The notes beneath the pieces were generated by a model. The model had not been told where the DNA came from. It made no database searches and saw only the letters and a program-made list of their open reading frames with translations. Made by a program: the position numbers and the translations under genes. A stretch of 64,000 bases of DNA from contig CAVTTN010000002.1 in NCBI GenBank assembly GCA_963737655.1, positions 7,424,001 through 7,488,000 on the forward strand, in the 5' to 3' direction. Source of the stretch: an uncultured Planctomycetota bacterium (GTDB lineage Bacteria; Planctomycetota; Planctomycetia; Isosphaerales; Isosphaeraceae). Positions 62,765 through 64,000 of the stretch are shown here, one piece after another (the stretch's first letter is position 1; the number at the start of each line of letters is the position of its first letter).

Positions 62765-64000
62765 CTACGCCAGGGCCGGCTCCGGGGCGCGCGCCTTCCA
62801 CCATCGCGAGGCGGCCTTGGCGTCCCATTCTCCGGCCGAGGCGCAGGAGAGTAAGGCGTCGGCCAGCGAAAGGGCGTCGGGGAAGCGGTCGTCGGGCTTC
62901 TTTTCCAGGCACTTGAGGATCACGGCCTCGAGGTCCGCCGGGATGTCGGGCCGGAAGACCGAGGGGGCGACGACGGGGTCTCTCGCGTGGGCGATCATGA
63001 CCATCGCCGCGCTCGCCGCATCGAACGGAGGGCGGCCGGTCAGGAGGAAATAGGCCACGGCCCCCATCGAATACAGGTCGGTGCGACGGTCGATCGAAGG
63101 GCTCGCCGTGGCCTGCTCGGGCGACATGAAATGAGGAGTCCCGCGGACGGTCCCCTCCCGGCTCAGGGCGGGCGACTCGTCGTCGAGGGTGTCCTTCACG
63201 AGGCCGAAATCGAGCACCTTGGTCGTGTCGGCCCGGCCGCCCCGGGTCGAGGCGAACAGGTTGGCGGGCTTGATGTCGCGATGGATGATCCCGGCCGAAT
63301 GCGCCTCGGCCAGGGCGTCGCAGGCCTGGGTGAGCAGGTAGATGACTCGCCCCGGGGGCATCGGCCCGGCCTCGGCCACGAGGTCTTCCAGGCTCATCCC
63401 GGGGAGGTATTCCATGACATAGAAGAACGTCCCGTCATCCGACCGGCCGAAGTCGAACACCTCGATGGTGTTGGGGTGGGTGAGCTTGGCCGTGGCGCGG
63501 ACCTCGCGCTCGAACCGGGCGAGGGCGCGGGTGTCCGAGGCGTTCTCGGGCCGGATCAGCTTCACGGCGCAGGGGCGCTTCAACAGCCGATGCTCGGCCA
63601 GGTAGACCTCGCCCATCCCGCCCTGGCCGAGCTTCCGCCCGAGCTTGTACTGGTTGAGCTGCCGGGCCTCATACGCCTCGACCCGCAAGGCGTTGATCAC
63701 ATAAGCACCGAAGATCGAGAGGGCCGCGCCGGTGAGGCCGAACAGGAGGTTCTCGGTCAGGATGTCCAGGCTCAGGCCGGCGCGGGCCAGGCGGAAGACC
63801 TCGGGATGAACGAGATAAATGACCATCTGCGTCGAGATCGGCAGGGCCGCCAGCGTCAGGAGCACCCGGGCGGCCCTCCTCCACGTGTTCGGCACGAGCA
63901 TGGCGTAGGAGAACATCAAGAGCATCCCGCCCATGATGGTCGTCTTGGCCATCAGGGGGAGCATCGCCGGGTCGTTCCTGGAGGCGCCGACGGTGTCGAG
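62765..64000 (-). CDS. Membrane-anchored Ser/Thr protein kinase (5' end probably beyond the window)
   Basis: GQGGMGEVY, AVK, HRDIKPAN, DFGLVK, GTPHFMSPEQ, DLYSMG; N-terminal TM segments. Confidence 0.93.
   Translation of the reverse strand, partial: LDTVGASRNDPAMLPLMAKTTIMGGMLLMFSYAMLVPNTWRRAARVLLTLAALPISTQMVIYLVHPEVFRLARAGLSLDILTENLLFGLTGAALSIFGAYVINALRVEAYEARQLNQYKLGRKLGQGGMGEVYLAEHRLLKRPCAVKLIRPENASDTRALARFEREVRATAKLTHPNTIEVFDFGRSDDGTFFYVMEYLPGMSLEDLVAEAGPMPPGRVIYLLTQACDALAEAHSAGIIHRDIKPANLFASTRGGRADTTKVLDFGLVKDTLDDESPALSREGTVRGTPHFMSPEQATASPSIDRRTDLYSMGAVAYFLLTGRPPFDAASAAMVMIAHARDPVVAPSVFRPDIPADLEAVILKCLEKKPDDRFPDALSLADALLSCASAGEWDAKAASRWWKARAPEPALA

Overview
A 64-kb, very GC-rich bacterial window that looks like Planctomycetota. 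This is inferred from the LE-x-R-x-L-type secretion motifs, PPC-domain, FG-GAP and EF-hand proteins; Isosphaeraceae is a plausible family. In order it holds: two paralogous SBBP beta-propeller surface proteins; selB-selA-FAH hydrolase; a ~20-kb exopolysaccharide/exosortase locus (WecA-like, Wzc-like, O-antigen-ligase-like, FHA-TPR protein, exosortase, EpsI, gmd, AlkP-family enzyme, GT4/GT2 enzymes, acyltransferase, Wzy-like); a MoxR-DUF58-transglutaminase operon split by a decayed toxin-antitoxin cassette; hemolysin III, TPM and GT genes; an acyl-CoA catabolic cluster (thiolase, beta-carbonic anhydrase, carboxyltransferase, split AtuA, enoyl-CoA hydratase, acyl-CoA synthetase); then a hybrid histidine kinase, EF-hand, FIST, cytochrome-c/FG-GAP, DMT, CocE, PPC, VOC and Ser/Thr kinase genes. 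About 13 genes carry small frameshifts, many in G/C runs, most likely long-read errors. The intergenic DNA holds at least four REP/MITE-like repeat families. Highlights are a 147-bp MITE with perfect 27-bp TIRs and a 4-bp TSD nested in a REP loop, and a GTAG-REP family whose GTAG supplies the stop codon of the adjacent gene at all four sites. No rRNA, tRNA, CRISPR array or intact transposase was recognised. All product calls come from motif recognition by eye; no database search was run.
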